From Eledone cirrhosa (lineage: Eukaryota), in NCBI GenBank assembly GCA_964016885.1, contig OZ024740.1:95790001-95854000 (forward strand): 64,000 nucleotides of DNA, written 5' to 3'. Made by a program: the position numbers and the translations under genes. The stretch's first letter is position 1, and every line of letters begins with the position of its first letter. Below the pieces are notes generated by a model, which worked only from the letters and a program-made list of their open reading frames with translations, ran no database searches and had not been told where the DNA came from. Below, one piece after another: positions 1-13,518 of this stretch.

Positions 1-240
1 TGCAACATATATATATCTATAACTTTGTGTATATGTTAACCTTTATATTTAATAATCTCCCGATAGGTTGAGATTAAATTTGGCGATATGTGGCTGCGCT
101 TTCTAGCAGCAGGCCTACCCGCCGTAAGCAACCAATCACATTATTTCTGGCTTGACCAAAGCCACATAGCGATTCTTAGCCATTTTTTAATCTATTTTTG
201 GCGGGATCGGATTGAAAAACTAGATTTCTGATTTTGAGTT

Positions 241-319
241 TGTCTCCTGATGAATCCAAACTCAGGACATTCCTATTATTTGGATGTCTAAAAATAGGGA
301 TGAAACCATGGTAGAGATA
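241..319 (+). ncRNA. Minimal type-I hammerhead ribozyme with expanded loop II
   Basis: Stem I tgtctc(241-246)/gagata(314-319); CUGAUGA 247-253; stem II atcc/ggat; GAAAC 302-306; palindromic stem III AC-CAUG-GU; GUA cleavage triplet 311-313. Confidence 0.85.
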
Positions 320-704
320 TAATTACGGAATGTACGCATTTCTTCTAAGTTTAATTGTACACCTAATTGTGTATGTTTGATGATATATTTAGTCAGTTTC
401 TACATGCTGCGAAATGTTGGATAAATACTCGATTGGGGCGACCGAGAAGAGGCTACGTTCGGTTATTTGTCGGAGATTTCTCCATAAGAGCCTTCTTCTT
501 ATAGGTTGATCTAATTGATTTTTATATGGTTAATTATGCTAATTAGAAGAATAAATAGTATGTATTTTATCTGATGATTCTAAAGACATGATTTATGATA
601 TATTGCTCTGATTTTTTAATTTATTAATTCTTCATAGAGTTTAAAAGTGACCAGTTATACATATCTATAACTTATACATCTATAACTTTATGTATATGTT
701 AACC

Positions 705-706
705 TT

Positions 707-761
<55 letters not shown>

Positions 762-766
762 GTCCA

Positions 767-818
<52 letters not shown>

Positions 819-951
819 TATACACATACACAGATATATACACATACATACACATTTACACTCATACATATACATATACATACATATACACATATATTCA
901 TATATGTACATACATATACACATACATATACACATATATATACACACACAT

Positions 952-1022
<71 letters not shown>

Positions 1023-1075
1023 CATATACACGCACACACACACATATGTGTATACATATATATATACACATATAA
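705..1075. repeat. (TA)n/(CA)n compound microsatellite
   Basis: Directly visible; source of spurious YIYI/THTH ORFs. Confidence 0.95.
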
Positions 1076-1079
1076 CTGA

Positions 1080-2630
1080 AGTCGTAGACTAAAATTCTAT
1101 TTGGATTAAAAATCTAATAGTACCCCATTCGACGTGAGTATGAGCGCCAGCGATTCCGCGGAGGTTACGGATTTTATTGGCCTTTTCCTTATTTTCTCTA
1201 TGAAGGAAAAATTCCCCAACGTGGGCGGTAGTTTGTACCGTGATTATGGTCTTTTGCACATGACCACAGCGGCCCACTTACTTGCGACAGGTTCAGAACA
1301 GAACTCACAGCCTTTAAAGATTTCAGCCGCTCCATACAGGTTGAGACCAACCTCTATGTTGTTAATTACCTCGACGTTATCCTCAATTTATCGAATGGGT
1401 TGCATTAACCCTATAGAATGGCGAATGATACGCTTAATTACACAAGTAACCATTCTAGCCATCCTGCCAGCATATCCAAAAACTTGGTAAGAAACGTTTA
1501 TTTGAGGCTTTCCCCTCTATCAACAAACGAGCATATTTTCAACGACCATTCCACATATGACAATGAAGCTCATGCTCGCAGTGGATTTGTCGATAAAGTA
1601 GCATATAGAGATTTCGAGAATAGACCGAGGAAAAATAGATCCAGATGCATTATGTGGTATAACCCATAATATAATATGAAGGTGACCATACCTTGAGGTA
1701 AGATCTTTCTCTCCCTTATTATGAAGCATTTCCCTCCAGAACATAAATATAGTAATTTTTTTAATAGAAATACCATTAAAATGTCTTACTCTACGACTCC
1801 TAACCTTGCACATAACATCACAGCTTCAAATTTAGCTAAATTACCTAGCGGTACGAACACGTGCAGCCCTGTAGCTAGTACTAACTGTAATCGTAGCAGT
1901 CGGGTTGATTGCCCCCTATCCGGGAAATGCCTCTAGTAACATTGTCTACAAATGCAAGATTGAAACACCCACGTCCCGTAGGGCCTACATAGGGTTAACC
2001 GCCAATAGATTCAAGCAGCGTATTTACATGCATACCCATCATTTTCTTAACCCTTTAAGAAGGAATATGACGTCATTTGCAGATTATCTCTTCAGATGGG
2101 TTAAGGATGAGGAGTGAAACCGTGCGCCGGATCTCCCTGCAACAAGTCTTAACACCCCGGCGGGCAGGCGCTGCTAATAACGCCCAGGAAACTATCCTTG
2201 CATACCAGACCCAGCCTCAAACGACACAGACAAACAGACGCGGCAAAAAAAACTCTCAAAATAAGCGTTGATTACATGCGTCTCGACAATGGTAAGGTTG
2301 TAACCTCACCTCGTAGCGGATAAAAAAATGTGTCTGGGAAAGACTGCCCTAACACCGGCCAGAGTTACCTCCCTTGACCTGCTGCAAAATCAAAACAAGC
2401 TATCTTTGCGAGCAATGAACATTGACGTTGATTTAACCCCCAAAACTCTTTTCCGAGCAATGTAAGGAACACTTTGCATTATTTATGCCCTTGAGAAGCC
2501 CAACTGGCGAAACGTACGTATGTACTGTTTTAAATAAACGTTTTTACGGTCTATTCTCCGATTTCTAACTTCACACGTGCTTACGCTCTGCTAACTCTCT
2601 AGCCCACTAAATATTAAAACTTCGAATAGT
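1080..2630 (+). mobile_element. 5'-truncated, degenerate Penelope-like element (RT C-terminus + GIY-YIG endonuclease + 3' pLTR)
   Basis: Fragments SASDSAEVTDFIGLFL, SLYRDYGL, LNYTSNHSSHPASISKNL, RCIMWYNP, KHFPPEHKYSNFFNRNTIKMSYSTTPNL, NIVYKCKIE..AYIGLTANRFKQRIYMH spread over several frames; HHR-like motif and AATAAA near 2490-2538. Confidence 0.9.
2485..2526 (+). ncRNA. Degenerate hammerhead motif in PLE 3' pLTR
   Basis: cttgagaa-gcc-caact-ggc-GAAAC-GTAC-GTA; stems II/III intact, core and stem I mutated. Confidence 0.55.
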
Positions 2631-2751
2631 TAATACTGCTGGCACTAGTATAGAGCAGCTTTGGCATACGCTACTGGGCAAATAACTATATGTATCACCT
2701 ATCCTCCCCTTTTTTCTCTCTCTCGATACGCAAATGTTCAAACCATTTATT

Positions 2752-2798
2752 AGCTTACAATTGTTTCGTCGAAACCGAGGTTCCAAACCTTCGGACCA
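2752..2798 (-). ncRNA. Degenerate hammerhead (CCGA core variant)
   Basis: Minus strand: CCGAAGG-tttggaac-ctcg-gtttcgac-GAAAC-AAUU-GUA-agct-AATAAA. Confidence 0.55.
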
Positions 2799-3721
2799 AT
2801 TTTTCAATGATTGTTTACATACATTACCTCCTTTGCAACACAAGAGACATACAGAAACATATGTATATATCGATGCACAGTGGGGTGACATCCATTATAA
2901 TATTTTTCCATGGCAATTCAAATTCAAAAATTAAAATCATATTAAAAGAAATTAAAACAAAATTAAAGTTAAAATACAACCTCGGCAGTTTACGAAGATA
3001 ATGCAAGAGGATAGTTTGAAGTAGTTAGTGTATGCAATAGCTACACGTGGTGCATGCACGTGTGTCTTATTTATATAAGATCATTGTGCGGCAAGGTGTT
3101 ATATACAATAGAAGCACTTTAAGCGGGTAATCAAGAGTATTATGGGGGTTGTACTGGTAAAGTATTTTTTTTATATATGATAAAGAAGCTTGTGTGCAGA
3201 GAAATATTAAAACTGAGAAGCAAAATAATGTTATGGTTTTTGTATACACCACCATTTTCACAATCCAGGAAACGTAATATATAGAATATATGTCCTTCAC
3301 ATAATTAACGATGATTCAGTATTGGATGTTTGATGTATTAGGTTAGATTATTACAGCTTGTAGCGGCTCAGTGTTCTTTAATCCAATTTTATAGAGCAGA
3401 TTGTTTTCGTTGCGAGAATTTACATCGTTTTATTTTCCGGAAGTATGTGTGTGATTAAGGGGAGTTAATCCGTGAGGGGAGGTAACTAGCTGATTTCTAT
3501 AACTAAATTTATTATTCCAATGTACATTAAAAGGTGTCCCTTGGGACACCTTTTAATTTTGTTCTAATTTCTTTTAATATGATTTTAATTTTTGAATTTG
3601 AATTGCCATGCAAAAATATTATAATGGATGTCACCCCACTGTGCATCGATATATACATATGTTTCTGTATGTCTCTTGTGTTGGAAAGGAGGTCATGTAT
3701 GTAAACAATCATTGAAAAATT

Positions 3722-3767
3722 GGTCCGAAGACTCCAAACCTCAGTTTGGACGAAACAATTCTAAGCT
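3722..3767 (+). ncRNA. Degenerate hammerhead (CCGA core variant)
   Basis: CCGAAGA 3725-3731; stem II tccaaac/gtttgga; GAAAC 3752-3756; AAUU; CUA in place of GUA; AATAAA at 3768. Confidence 0.55.
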
Positions 3768-4001
3768 AATAAATGGTTTGAACAGAACTTTGATTCATGT
3801 TATTTCTATATAACTGCTCTGTAGAACAACTGATGTTATTACATTGAGCTATTTATATTACTGGTAATAAGGTAGTAATAAATTACTGTCTTTCACTGTT
3901 TACGGTTTAAATATATATAACTATAAAAAGTGTTAGTATATACATAACCATAAATAGTATCCTTAATACTATATATTTATATATATATATATATACATAT
4001 A

Positions 4002-4049
<48 letters not shown>

Positions 4050-4104
4050 TAAAAAAATAATGAATAAACAAAGAAACAGTTCCTTATATTAAACAAAAAA
4101 AGTT

Positions 4105-4243
4105 CATTATTTTACGATCGTTTCTAGGACATATATGTGTTAGAATTGGTATGCATATTCAAAAGATCTATGTACAAAATTATACAAACTATCAAAGAGA
4201 ATATACATACCTTCACATATATATGCTGTCTTCAGAAATAATG
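4105..4243 (-). ncRNA. Type-I hammerhead ribozyme with ~100-nt stem-loop II
   Basis: Minus strand: stem I cattattt/aaataatg (8 bp perfect); CUGAAGA (4235-4229); GAAAC-GAUC-GUA; base of stem II imperfect. Confidence 0.75.
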
Positions 4244-4490
4244 ATGCATATTTATTGATAATAACAACAATTCAAAATTACAGGTCTGTTTGGGAACAGA
4301 TTTTAAATAGACCAATGAAATACATAACAATTCATCAAGAAAATACAGTTAGGTGTGTGAATATATGTAAGTAAATCCGTTCACAGATATGCATAAAAAT
4401 GTATGTTCATATGTATACGCATGTTGAAAGAGTGTATGTAAATATAAAAATTTAGGGCTAATGTATCTGTATGTTTACAATCTACAGACA

Positions 4491-4535
<45 letters not shown>

Positions 4536-4542
4536 TACATGC

Positions 4543-4577
<35 letters not shown>

Positions 4578-4594
4578 CACACATACATACACAC

Positions 4595-4629
<35 letters not shown>

Positions 4630-5469
4630 TACGTATATATTATTATTATAACTATATGGATATTGAGGCGTTCACATAAACACGCCCACACACACTTACA
4701 TTTAGATGCAGAAGTAAAGGAGGTAAGGGAATAAGTAATTAAAGGAAAGCGTCAATCTCGACATATTTATAAAAATGTATCCATAAAGTTAGAAATAAAA
4801 AAAAATGTTTATAGAAGGAAAAAACTCAAAAAAAGGGGGAACAAAAAAATAGGGGGGGGGGGTACGTACGTACACAAACGCGAATGTCTCACAAAAGAAA
4901 AATAAAAAAACATAAAAAACATAAAAGAGAGACATAAAATATACATGCTTATATACATACGCACATTTATACATCCATACGTTCGATACATACATACGTA
5001 CACACACACACATACACATACTTAACCTCACGCATATTAAGCTGTTTGTATGCATATACATAAAAATAAGTAAAACATATACCCATACATATAAATACAC
5101 ACCGATATATATATATATATATATAAATATATATATACACACACACATATATACATATATATACACACACATATATATATATATACATATATATATATAC
5201 ATACATATATATATTTACATACACACACACATACCCATGTATATATACACAACCACACACACACACACACTCAGACATACATATATATAGAGACATACAT
5301 ACACATATATATATATATATATATAAATACACACAGTCAGACACACATGCACACACATACACATACATACACACATCTCTCTACAAATACATATACATAC
5401 ACATACATACATACACATATATATACATATATATATATATATATACATATATACACTCATACACACACA

Positions 5470-5917
5470 TTTACATGCGCACATATGTATTTTTATACTC
5501 ACATACAAACACACAAACATACATACACACTTACTTACACATACATACATCCACCCTTACAAATACAAATAATTATTGGGGGGGGGGGAAGGGGGATTAA
5601 AATTATTAGTGGGAAATAGTAAATATATAGGTTTCAAGGAACATAGAATATTAATCTGCAGTTAAATCATTATATGTGTTTACATAGTACACACACATAT
5701 ATACATGCGCACATATGTATTTTTATACACACATACAAACACACAAACATACATACACACTTACATACACATCCATACATCCACGCTTACAAATACAAAT
5801 AATTATTGGGGGGGCGGGAAGGGGGATTAAAATTATTAGTGGGAAATAGTAAATATATAGGTTTCAAGGAACATAGAATATTAATCTGCAGTTAAATCAT
5901 AATATGTGTTTACATAG
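5470..5917. repeat. Direct tandem duplication, ~230-bp unit
   Basis: acatgcgcacatatgtatttttatac...gtgtttacatagt at about 5472-5688 and 5703-5918. Confidence 0.85.
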
Positions 5918-5919
5918 TT

Positions 5920-6890
5920 GTATCAGTTTTAGGAAATGGTATTTGTAAGAAAGAAGGCTAAATTATGTATTTTAATATAAGTAGAATATTAATTATAGGT
6001 TAATTAAAATAAAAATAGTTAATATATTAATTTCTAAGGTGTATACTACTTAGGTTTATAATATTTAAAGCGGAATTTTGAAGTTAAACAGTAGTAGAGT
6101 ATTAATAATAGCATAACTAAATTAAAAATAATTACATATATTAACATGATGGTATCAATTTTAGGAAATGAATTTTGTAATAGGGAAAGCCAAATTAAGT
6201 ATTTCATCGGTAGTAGAATATTAATTATAGGTTAACTAAATTAAAAATTATATATTAATTTCTATAGTATATGTTAATTAGGTTTATAATAATTAAAGCA
6301 AAATTTTGTATTTTATCTATAGTAGAATTTTAATTATAGGTTAACTGAATTAAAATTAATCTATATATTAATTTGTAAAGTGTATATTAATTAGGTATAT
6401 ATTTAAAAGTTTTTCTCAGTTTATGATTACACGATATTCTGCAATCCATCTGTATTAGAATTTTAATTATAAGCTAACTAAATTAAAATTATAGGTTTAC
6501 TAAATTAAAATTAATTCATATATTAATTTCTAAATTGTATGTTAATTAGGTTTATAATATTAAAAATTATTTCTCCGTTATTAATTACACGATATTTTGT
6601 TGTATATCATCTGTAAACTAATTTTAATAATAGGTTAAATAAACTAAAATTAATCTATATATTAATTTCCAAAGTATATATTAATTATGTTAATAATATT
6701 TAAATGTTTTTCACAGTTTATGATTATACGATATTTTTTAATTTCATCTGTAGTAGAATTTCAATTAAATTAAAATTATAGGTTAACTACATTAAAATTA
6801 ATTTATATATTAATTTCTAAAATATATATTATTAATTAGGTTTATAATATTTAAATGTTTTCTCAGTTTATGATTACACGATATAATTAA
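5920..6890. repeat. AT-rich degenerate minisatellite derived from the PLE ORF 3' end
   Basis: tttctcagtttatgattacacgatat variants near 6412, 6570, 6708, 6860 (period ~150 bp); agtagaatattaattataggttaa variants repeated. Confidence 0.75.
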
Positions 6891-8350
6891 TTCCTGTCGC
6901 TTATTTAATAGGATATCCTTAGATTTCATTATTTCAAATAGTTCTTGGGAAGACAATCTACATTCATTTCTATTATTTTGATAAGGGGTGGCTCTTTTGA
7001 GCACACTCCAGGTCATATCATATTCTATATTCTTATTTCTATAACTATTAATTTTTTCTGCTAGAGATGTCGTATTAGCCAGTGCGGCATTTAAAAAAAA
7101 ACTATGTTTGTGGGTATTAAACCTTACCTTAAAATTGTTAGAAGTAGCTCCTATATATGAGCAAATCGAATCCTTAGTTTTAACTTTACATTTATAAACT
7201 ATGTTGTTAACAAGACAATTTCCTTTTAATGGGCAGTTTGCTTTGTTTCTACAGTTACAACCTTTCGTTAATTCTGTATTTGAGGAGATATTATGGTTAG
7301 TTTGATGTATTGGTGGTATACTTATGGTTTTTTTACATTTATATGCATTATAGGCACTTATATTTTGTTTTATGTTTTTGGTTGTTGAGTATGAGAATGT
7401 AACTGTTGATCTATTTAAGATTAGGTGGTATTTGTGGTTTGGCGGGAAGTTTTTCTCTAGGATATTAAAATTTTTTTTAGGTATATTATCCTTAATTTGT
7501 AAATTAAATGGAGCATTATACCAAGTAACTCGTCTATTACGGTTTCTATGTTGTTTATTGTTTTTATAGGATGCATCCTGATGTTTACTAGGAGGATTAA
7601 TGTTAATGACCTCAAACGCACATTTTTAGTTAGATTTATTGATTTAGGTGTTTTCGCTTGTTTATTAGGAGTTTTATTATTAACATTTATTAGAGTTGTA
7701 TGATGAGTAGTTTTTTGAGAGTTACTATACTTTATATTAGAGGAGTTAGAGAAATTTGGTTTCATGTTGGTATTTTGGGGTATAGTGTGAGTGGCATTTA
7801 GGTGTTTGTTGGTAATATTAGGTTGTATGTTTATAGTGTTATTAGTAGAAGGTATATATTCCAATCTATTTTTGTGGCCACTTCTATCTTGAGCTTCGTT
7901 ATAGAAGGTCGCATTTTTATCAAATACATCTTGGTTAGACGAAAGGTTAGACATTCTAAGTGATATATTATATGCAAGGTTTTTAAGGATAGATTTAGGG
8001 TGATTAGATTGTGAGTGTATGTAGTGTAAGTTTTGGTTGGGTTTATGGTAAGGTTGGTAGATACCCGTAGCTAAGTCTAAAGTTATATCTAGAAAATTAA
8101 CTACTTTACTTGTGTTTTCAAAAGTAATATCAAGACTATAATAGTCTTTAAGGAAAGTTCTAATAAGCTTTTTGTTTTATTCTATTCCTGAGAGGCTAAT
8201 GTTGTTGGAAAGAAGAAGACAGTCATCACGATATAAACCACCTTTAAGGTGGGGAAAGGAAGCATTTATGTTAAAAAGAAGAAAGAGGCCCACAAGATCA
8301 GTAATTTGGGCAGAATCGCTTGAACCCATAGTAATAAGAAATAGATTACT
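6810..8350 (-). mobile_element. 5'-truncated Penelope-like element (RT + GIY-YIG), disrupted
   Basis: [29 protein letters not shown]; minus strand near 7230-7110 reads NCPLKGNCLVNNIVYKCKVKTKDSICSYIGATSNNFKVRFNTH; C-terminal CRLSSQELFEI..LLNKRQELIISCNH. Confidence 0.92.
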
Positions 8351-8454
8351 ATATGTGTTTCTGGTCCAGTATATGTATATATATACATATACATACAGAT
8401 ACACACAAACATACATACTCACACATACACATATCGATATATATATACATACAC

Positions 8455-8493
<39 letters not shown>

Positions 8494-8517
8494 AACACAC
8501 ACATATATATATATATT

Positions 8518-8672
<155 letters not shown>

Positions 8673-8680
8673 ATATATAT

Positions 8681-8716
<36 letters not shown>

Positions 8717-8719
<3 letters not shown>

Positions 8720-9624
8720 ATAATAATAATATTATGTATAGTTATGTATACACTATGTACAACTATAAACAGGAAAGGTCAGTAATGCATTACTACCTTA
8801 TTATCATTAAAAAAATTATCTGAATGTAAATACTTCAAATGTTTTACAGAGCAAGTATATAAATTACTCAATAATCAAAGCTATGTGCAAATCATTTTAT
8901 TGCTGACAATCTTTTCTTCAAAACTTTCGTTTGGAATCATCGGATCACTACTAATGTGTGTACATATAAATAACCTGAACATATAATTCATCTGAACAAT
9001 CATATAGATACATCGATATTAATGTTGTCAACAAGAGTTTCGTATTTACAGATTTGAGTGGATGCGAGATAGATTACAAGAGAATTGTACAATAGTTAAA
9101 ATTAAAAATTAAAAGCACAGAGTGCAATGCATGTGACAGAGATTACAAGGGAATAGTATAATAATTAAAGAGGCATTAAGATAGAAAGTAACTCGTAAAA
9201 CGAGGACACTAGCAGTATATATGCAAGTATATAGAGAGTGCAAATTCATTAGGCATATACAGGAAGGAAACAAGCAACGGTTTTAGGCATAAATAATGTT
9301 TGCATGGCAAAGGTATCACATACAATAACATCGGTTTACAAGCATATTTTGCAGGCAAAGTTGTTTGTGTATTACAATTATGTGTTGATGGTGGATGTAG
9401 TGTGATGTTTGATTCTGTAATGTTCAAATGTGTATGTGTTGAGAGTATCAAAGTTATTGCATGAACTCATAATTGTAATACACAAGCACTTTTGCCTGCT
9501 TAATATGCTTGTAAAACTATGTTATTTTATGTGATGCCTTTGCCATGCAGTAATTATATATGCCTAGTACCATTGCATGTTTCCTTCCTGTATGTGCCTA
9601 ACGCATTTTCACTCTCTATACGCT

Positions 9625-9634
<10 letters not shown>
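8717..9634 (-). mobile_element. Fold-back + hammerhead + tail unit (family A) between (TA)n tracts
   Basis: Inverted arms 9216-9390/9460-9634 (roughly 80-85% by eye), HHR 8901-8947 on minus, AATAAA, tail homologous to 3815-3960. Confidence 0.8.
8901..8947 (-). ncRNA. Hammerhead motif (CCGAUGA variant, partly decayed)
   Basis: Minus: tgat-CCGAUGA-ttccaaac-GAAA-gttttgaa-GAAAA-GAUU-GUC-agca-ataaa. Confidence 0.65.
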
Positions 9635-9662
<28 letters not shown>

Positions 9663-9700
9663 ATATTAACAAATGGAAACTATATTTATAAAACCATATT

Positions 9701-9766
9701 TATTTCATTATACATATTTCAAGGGTCACCTGAGCAAACTATGGTGGGCTTTCATCAGATAAAATA
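9701..9766 (-). ncRNA. Type-I hammerhead, AUA-cleavage family (family B)
   Basis: Minus: tattttat-CUGAUGA-aagcccacc...ggtgaccctt-GAAAU-AUGU-AUA-atgaaata; homologous to 45449-45513. Confidence 0.7.
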
Positions 9767-10273
9767 TAATATAGATTAGTTTTATAAGTAAATATTGACA
9801 TACCTTTAACAAATGCAACCATTATGGTTGGAATCTCCTGGATAGTGGTTTTTACAGTGTTGTCCCATACATGTATGTTATTGAATATGAAAAGAAAGAC
9901 TGTATTCTCATCTAATGAAGACCACACAAATTCTACTCAATGATAAATACTTCGTCGGTCAGATAAATACTGAACATTACGGCCACCTGACCTACATTGT
10001 TGATAAACACCGGCTTATCTTTAAAATTGATATAATACACCCTACGACGCTCCTTACATGTCAACCTTATACTTCTGCTTCATGTCAGCTAGTTTTACAC
10101 GCCGAAATCTTAGATACACTATACCCCCACCTAATGTAATGTCAGGGTCTCCTCAAATAATTTATTACTAGCATTGTTGTAATTGTTGTTATTGTTCTAA
10201 CTGAATGCCATTACTACTTCATATAGTAGCCCGTATATTCCTTTCTTGCCTGTATATCCTCTTCATTTTCGCA

Positions 10274-10381
10274 TGCTCCGAAGAACTGACTGGTTATAAT
10301 TTTGTATTGGCGATCGAGTAACGTGAAAACAAGCGAATAGCGATCTCTATAATTACCAGTTCAGAGAAACAATTGTCAGCA
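10274..10381 (+). ncRNA. Type-I hammerhead with CCGAAGA core and long stem II
   Basis: Stem I tgct/agca; CCGAAGA 10278-10284; stem II ctgactggt...accagttcag; GAAAC 10366-10370; AAUU; GUC 10375-10377. Confidence 0.8.
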
Positions 10382-10621
10382 AAGAGATTAAAACCATTTT
10401 TTGTATAGCAAACCATGTCAATCTTCTTTCCTGATTTATTATTACTCCAAGTGTTTACAACATAGGAATTACAGCATACTCGCAACATCACTATGAAAAC
10501 GCCTTGTTGAGTCAAACCAAGCCAAGCGTTGATATTATCCACTACCCGGAATACCATAACTGGACTACACCTAAGTGAACTGCATATAACTATTATTTGT
10601 TACCCCGTATATATATATATT

Positions 10622-10653
<32 letters not shown>

Positions 10654-11354
10654 CACATACAAATACATACACAGTACATACACACACATATATACATAAT
10701 CATACATACATAAACATACATAGGCATACAAATATACACATACATATATAAATATAAGTAAATACACGTGTCGAGACCTGGAATATATATTAAGAGAAAC
10801 TTCACTATAGGGATTCACCCCAACACTTGAATATGTTGATGGAACCTTTTCTGCCTCATGGCACTTATTTCAGCCTTAAAGTACTAGCCTCTAAATAATT
10901 TGCCTTTTCTTTAAACCATTGAACCTCACCCATCTTGTAGACGCCTGTCTTACAGGCATTGTTACTTTAAGTGATAAACACGGATTGGTATTCCAATTTT
11001 GAACTTGTTTACAGTATTCTTTCTGCCTTTGTTAATATTATACCATTAAAGAATTAGCTTTTAATGAACTCCCTTTCTTTAAATCATTCAACCAATGACC
11101 TACACCCATCCCAATCCCCACCCTCTCTTACCACCAGATAAGGAAAGACATAAATACTACCATTTACTTGGACAGCCACCTTCCCGATGATTTCTCCCGA
11201 ATGAACCAGTCCTAGTCCTGTAGAAGCTCTTCTATATTAAAACTTTCATACTCTGCTTTGTGTTGAGTCCCTTACTCATTGTGCTTACCTCCGATACAAC
11301 CTGGAATAACTTATATATATATATATATATATATATATTTAAACATGCACACAC

Positions 11355-11445
<91 letters not shown>

Positions 11446-11457
11446 TATATATTTAAT

Positions 11458-11648
11458 AAAATAACAGATTAAAGTTTAAGCAAAGCTCGCTGCATTCACC
11501 CATAACGGAATATTCTGAACAGATTTTTGCTTAAACTTTAATCTGTTATTTTTATAAATATGCGCTCTATTGTTCTTATATATTTGACATATATTTATCC
11601 TTATCAAGCCCTCTTTGGATTTAATCTTGACCTTTATTATTACTACTA
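11458..11648 (+). repeat. Small fold-back unit between (TA)n tracts
   Basis: 27-bp perfect inverted repeat 11458-11484/11526-11552, then ~95-nt tail, then (TA)n. Confidence 0.75.
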
Positions 11649-12220
11649 TATATATATATATATATATTCAAAATAGGGCCTACGAGAAAAGCACAATGTG
11701 AAGACAAAAGAGATGTGGACAGACCAATCTCCCCAGCCACACATATGGTTTCGGTGTATTAAGTTTGATAACTTTCACTTCATTATACATTTGGACAAAA
11801 TACGTAGAGACACGTTATGCCATTAGGTGAATTTCACAAATATAGATGAATACTTTTCGCAAGTGCGTCAACTCTCAGAGAAATGAATTAACGGTGTGCA
11901 AGGGCTTCACCAAAAGAGACAATGATATGGAAACTAATGAAATATAATAAATTTATAAACGTTATCAATGTTGTTGATACAGTAATGAGTTAGTATACCT
12001 TACTGATAATAGATTTACAAACATATTGAAATTTAATATTGTATGACATTCTTAAAAGGTTCCTGGCGTAAGGGTGGCGATATTACAGATTTTATTAAAA
12101 ACTACGAATATTATGCGTGCATATTATTCATAACCTTCCTTAGTATGATTTCATATACATCCCTATGATAAATCCCCGTGTGTTATCTATACTGGTAATA
12201 TATATGTATCTATACTGGTA

Positions 12221-12276
<56 letters not shown>

Positions 12277-12482
12277 TTCTCGCTCTCTTCTCTCTCTTTC
12301 TCTCTATCTCTCTCTCTCTCCCTCTCTCGCTAACGTTAAGTTTCTCTTCCTGATATTTCAAGCGTTAACATAATATATTCCTTCCTTATACTGTACCTAT
12401 TGTGTTTACCTTTTACACACACACGTACACACACACACACCTACACACACACCCACACACATACACACACAACCACACACAT

Positions 12483-12533
<51 letters not shown>

Positions 12534-13416
12534 CATACATATATATATATATAATATATATATATATATACATTTATATATCCTAAATTCTTCTTCATTC
12601 AAATTGTCAATACAACACCATATATTATTCGATAATTTTTATCGATTATTTCTAAAAAGCTTATGTTGATAATACATTGCTCTGCGCATCAATTTCAGGA
12701 AGAAATATACTGAAGTGATAATTGATGTACTAGATGAATACATTTATATCAGTGCACTCGAATATTGATCTTCCATAATAATTTAATGGTCAATTCATCT
12801 TTAGTGATATTCAATGAATTAGATTTATATAATACTAATCCAGTACACTGTAAAATGATCTTGCCTCATTGGAACATAATAGTGTCTTCTTATTAATAAC
12901 AAACTAATAAAAATGCAATGTAGATAATTAACCTTATTTTTCATATCATGTTTACTGATTATTCTCTATCATATATATGGAACAGATTTTGTATCACATG
13001 TGTACAGAATATTAAATCAATTTTATCTTCTTTTCTGACTGGCTTTCATTGAGATTTTCTATTAGTGTATGTGTATATACTGGAGGATATGTGATTATGT
13101 TTTAGTGTTTGCCTGTGTATTAAAGAACACATTAAACTTACAATAGAACAAGTGTTTTAAATTAGTCTTGAGTTACACTTAACACTACGTTTGTACAAAT
13201 TAAGCCGAGTGAGGGTCTAAAGAAATGCAAATGGTTCTGTCACCACTGATGGAGGAATAATCTCAAATATGCCATCCTGAAAGAAATAGAAACTTTATGG
13301 ATCATGAATAAACTGGGACCAGTATAGTACTACATCCATATTATTCCGAGTAATATTCATTCACAGAATAATGTGTATATCTATACCTATTTATGACGAC
13401 GTGAAAACGGGGAATA

Positions 13417-13518
<102 letters not shown>

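Larger units (their letters stand above)
2735..3968 (+). mobile_element. Fold-back pLTR-type unit (family A): arms 2735-2967/3551-3784, then tail into (TA)n
   Basis: About 230-bp inverted repeat (ORF track gives near-identical peptides on opposite strands, 2607-2891/3628-3813); tail 3815-3960 homologous to 23775-23910 and reverse of 8717-8855. Confidence 0.8.

Noticed and set aside
13243-13292. ctgatgg-agga...tcct-gaaag hammerhead-like string
   Set aside because: Core mismatch, no stem III or stem I pairing.
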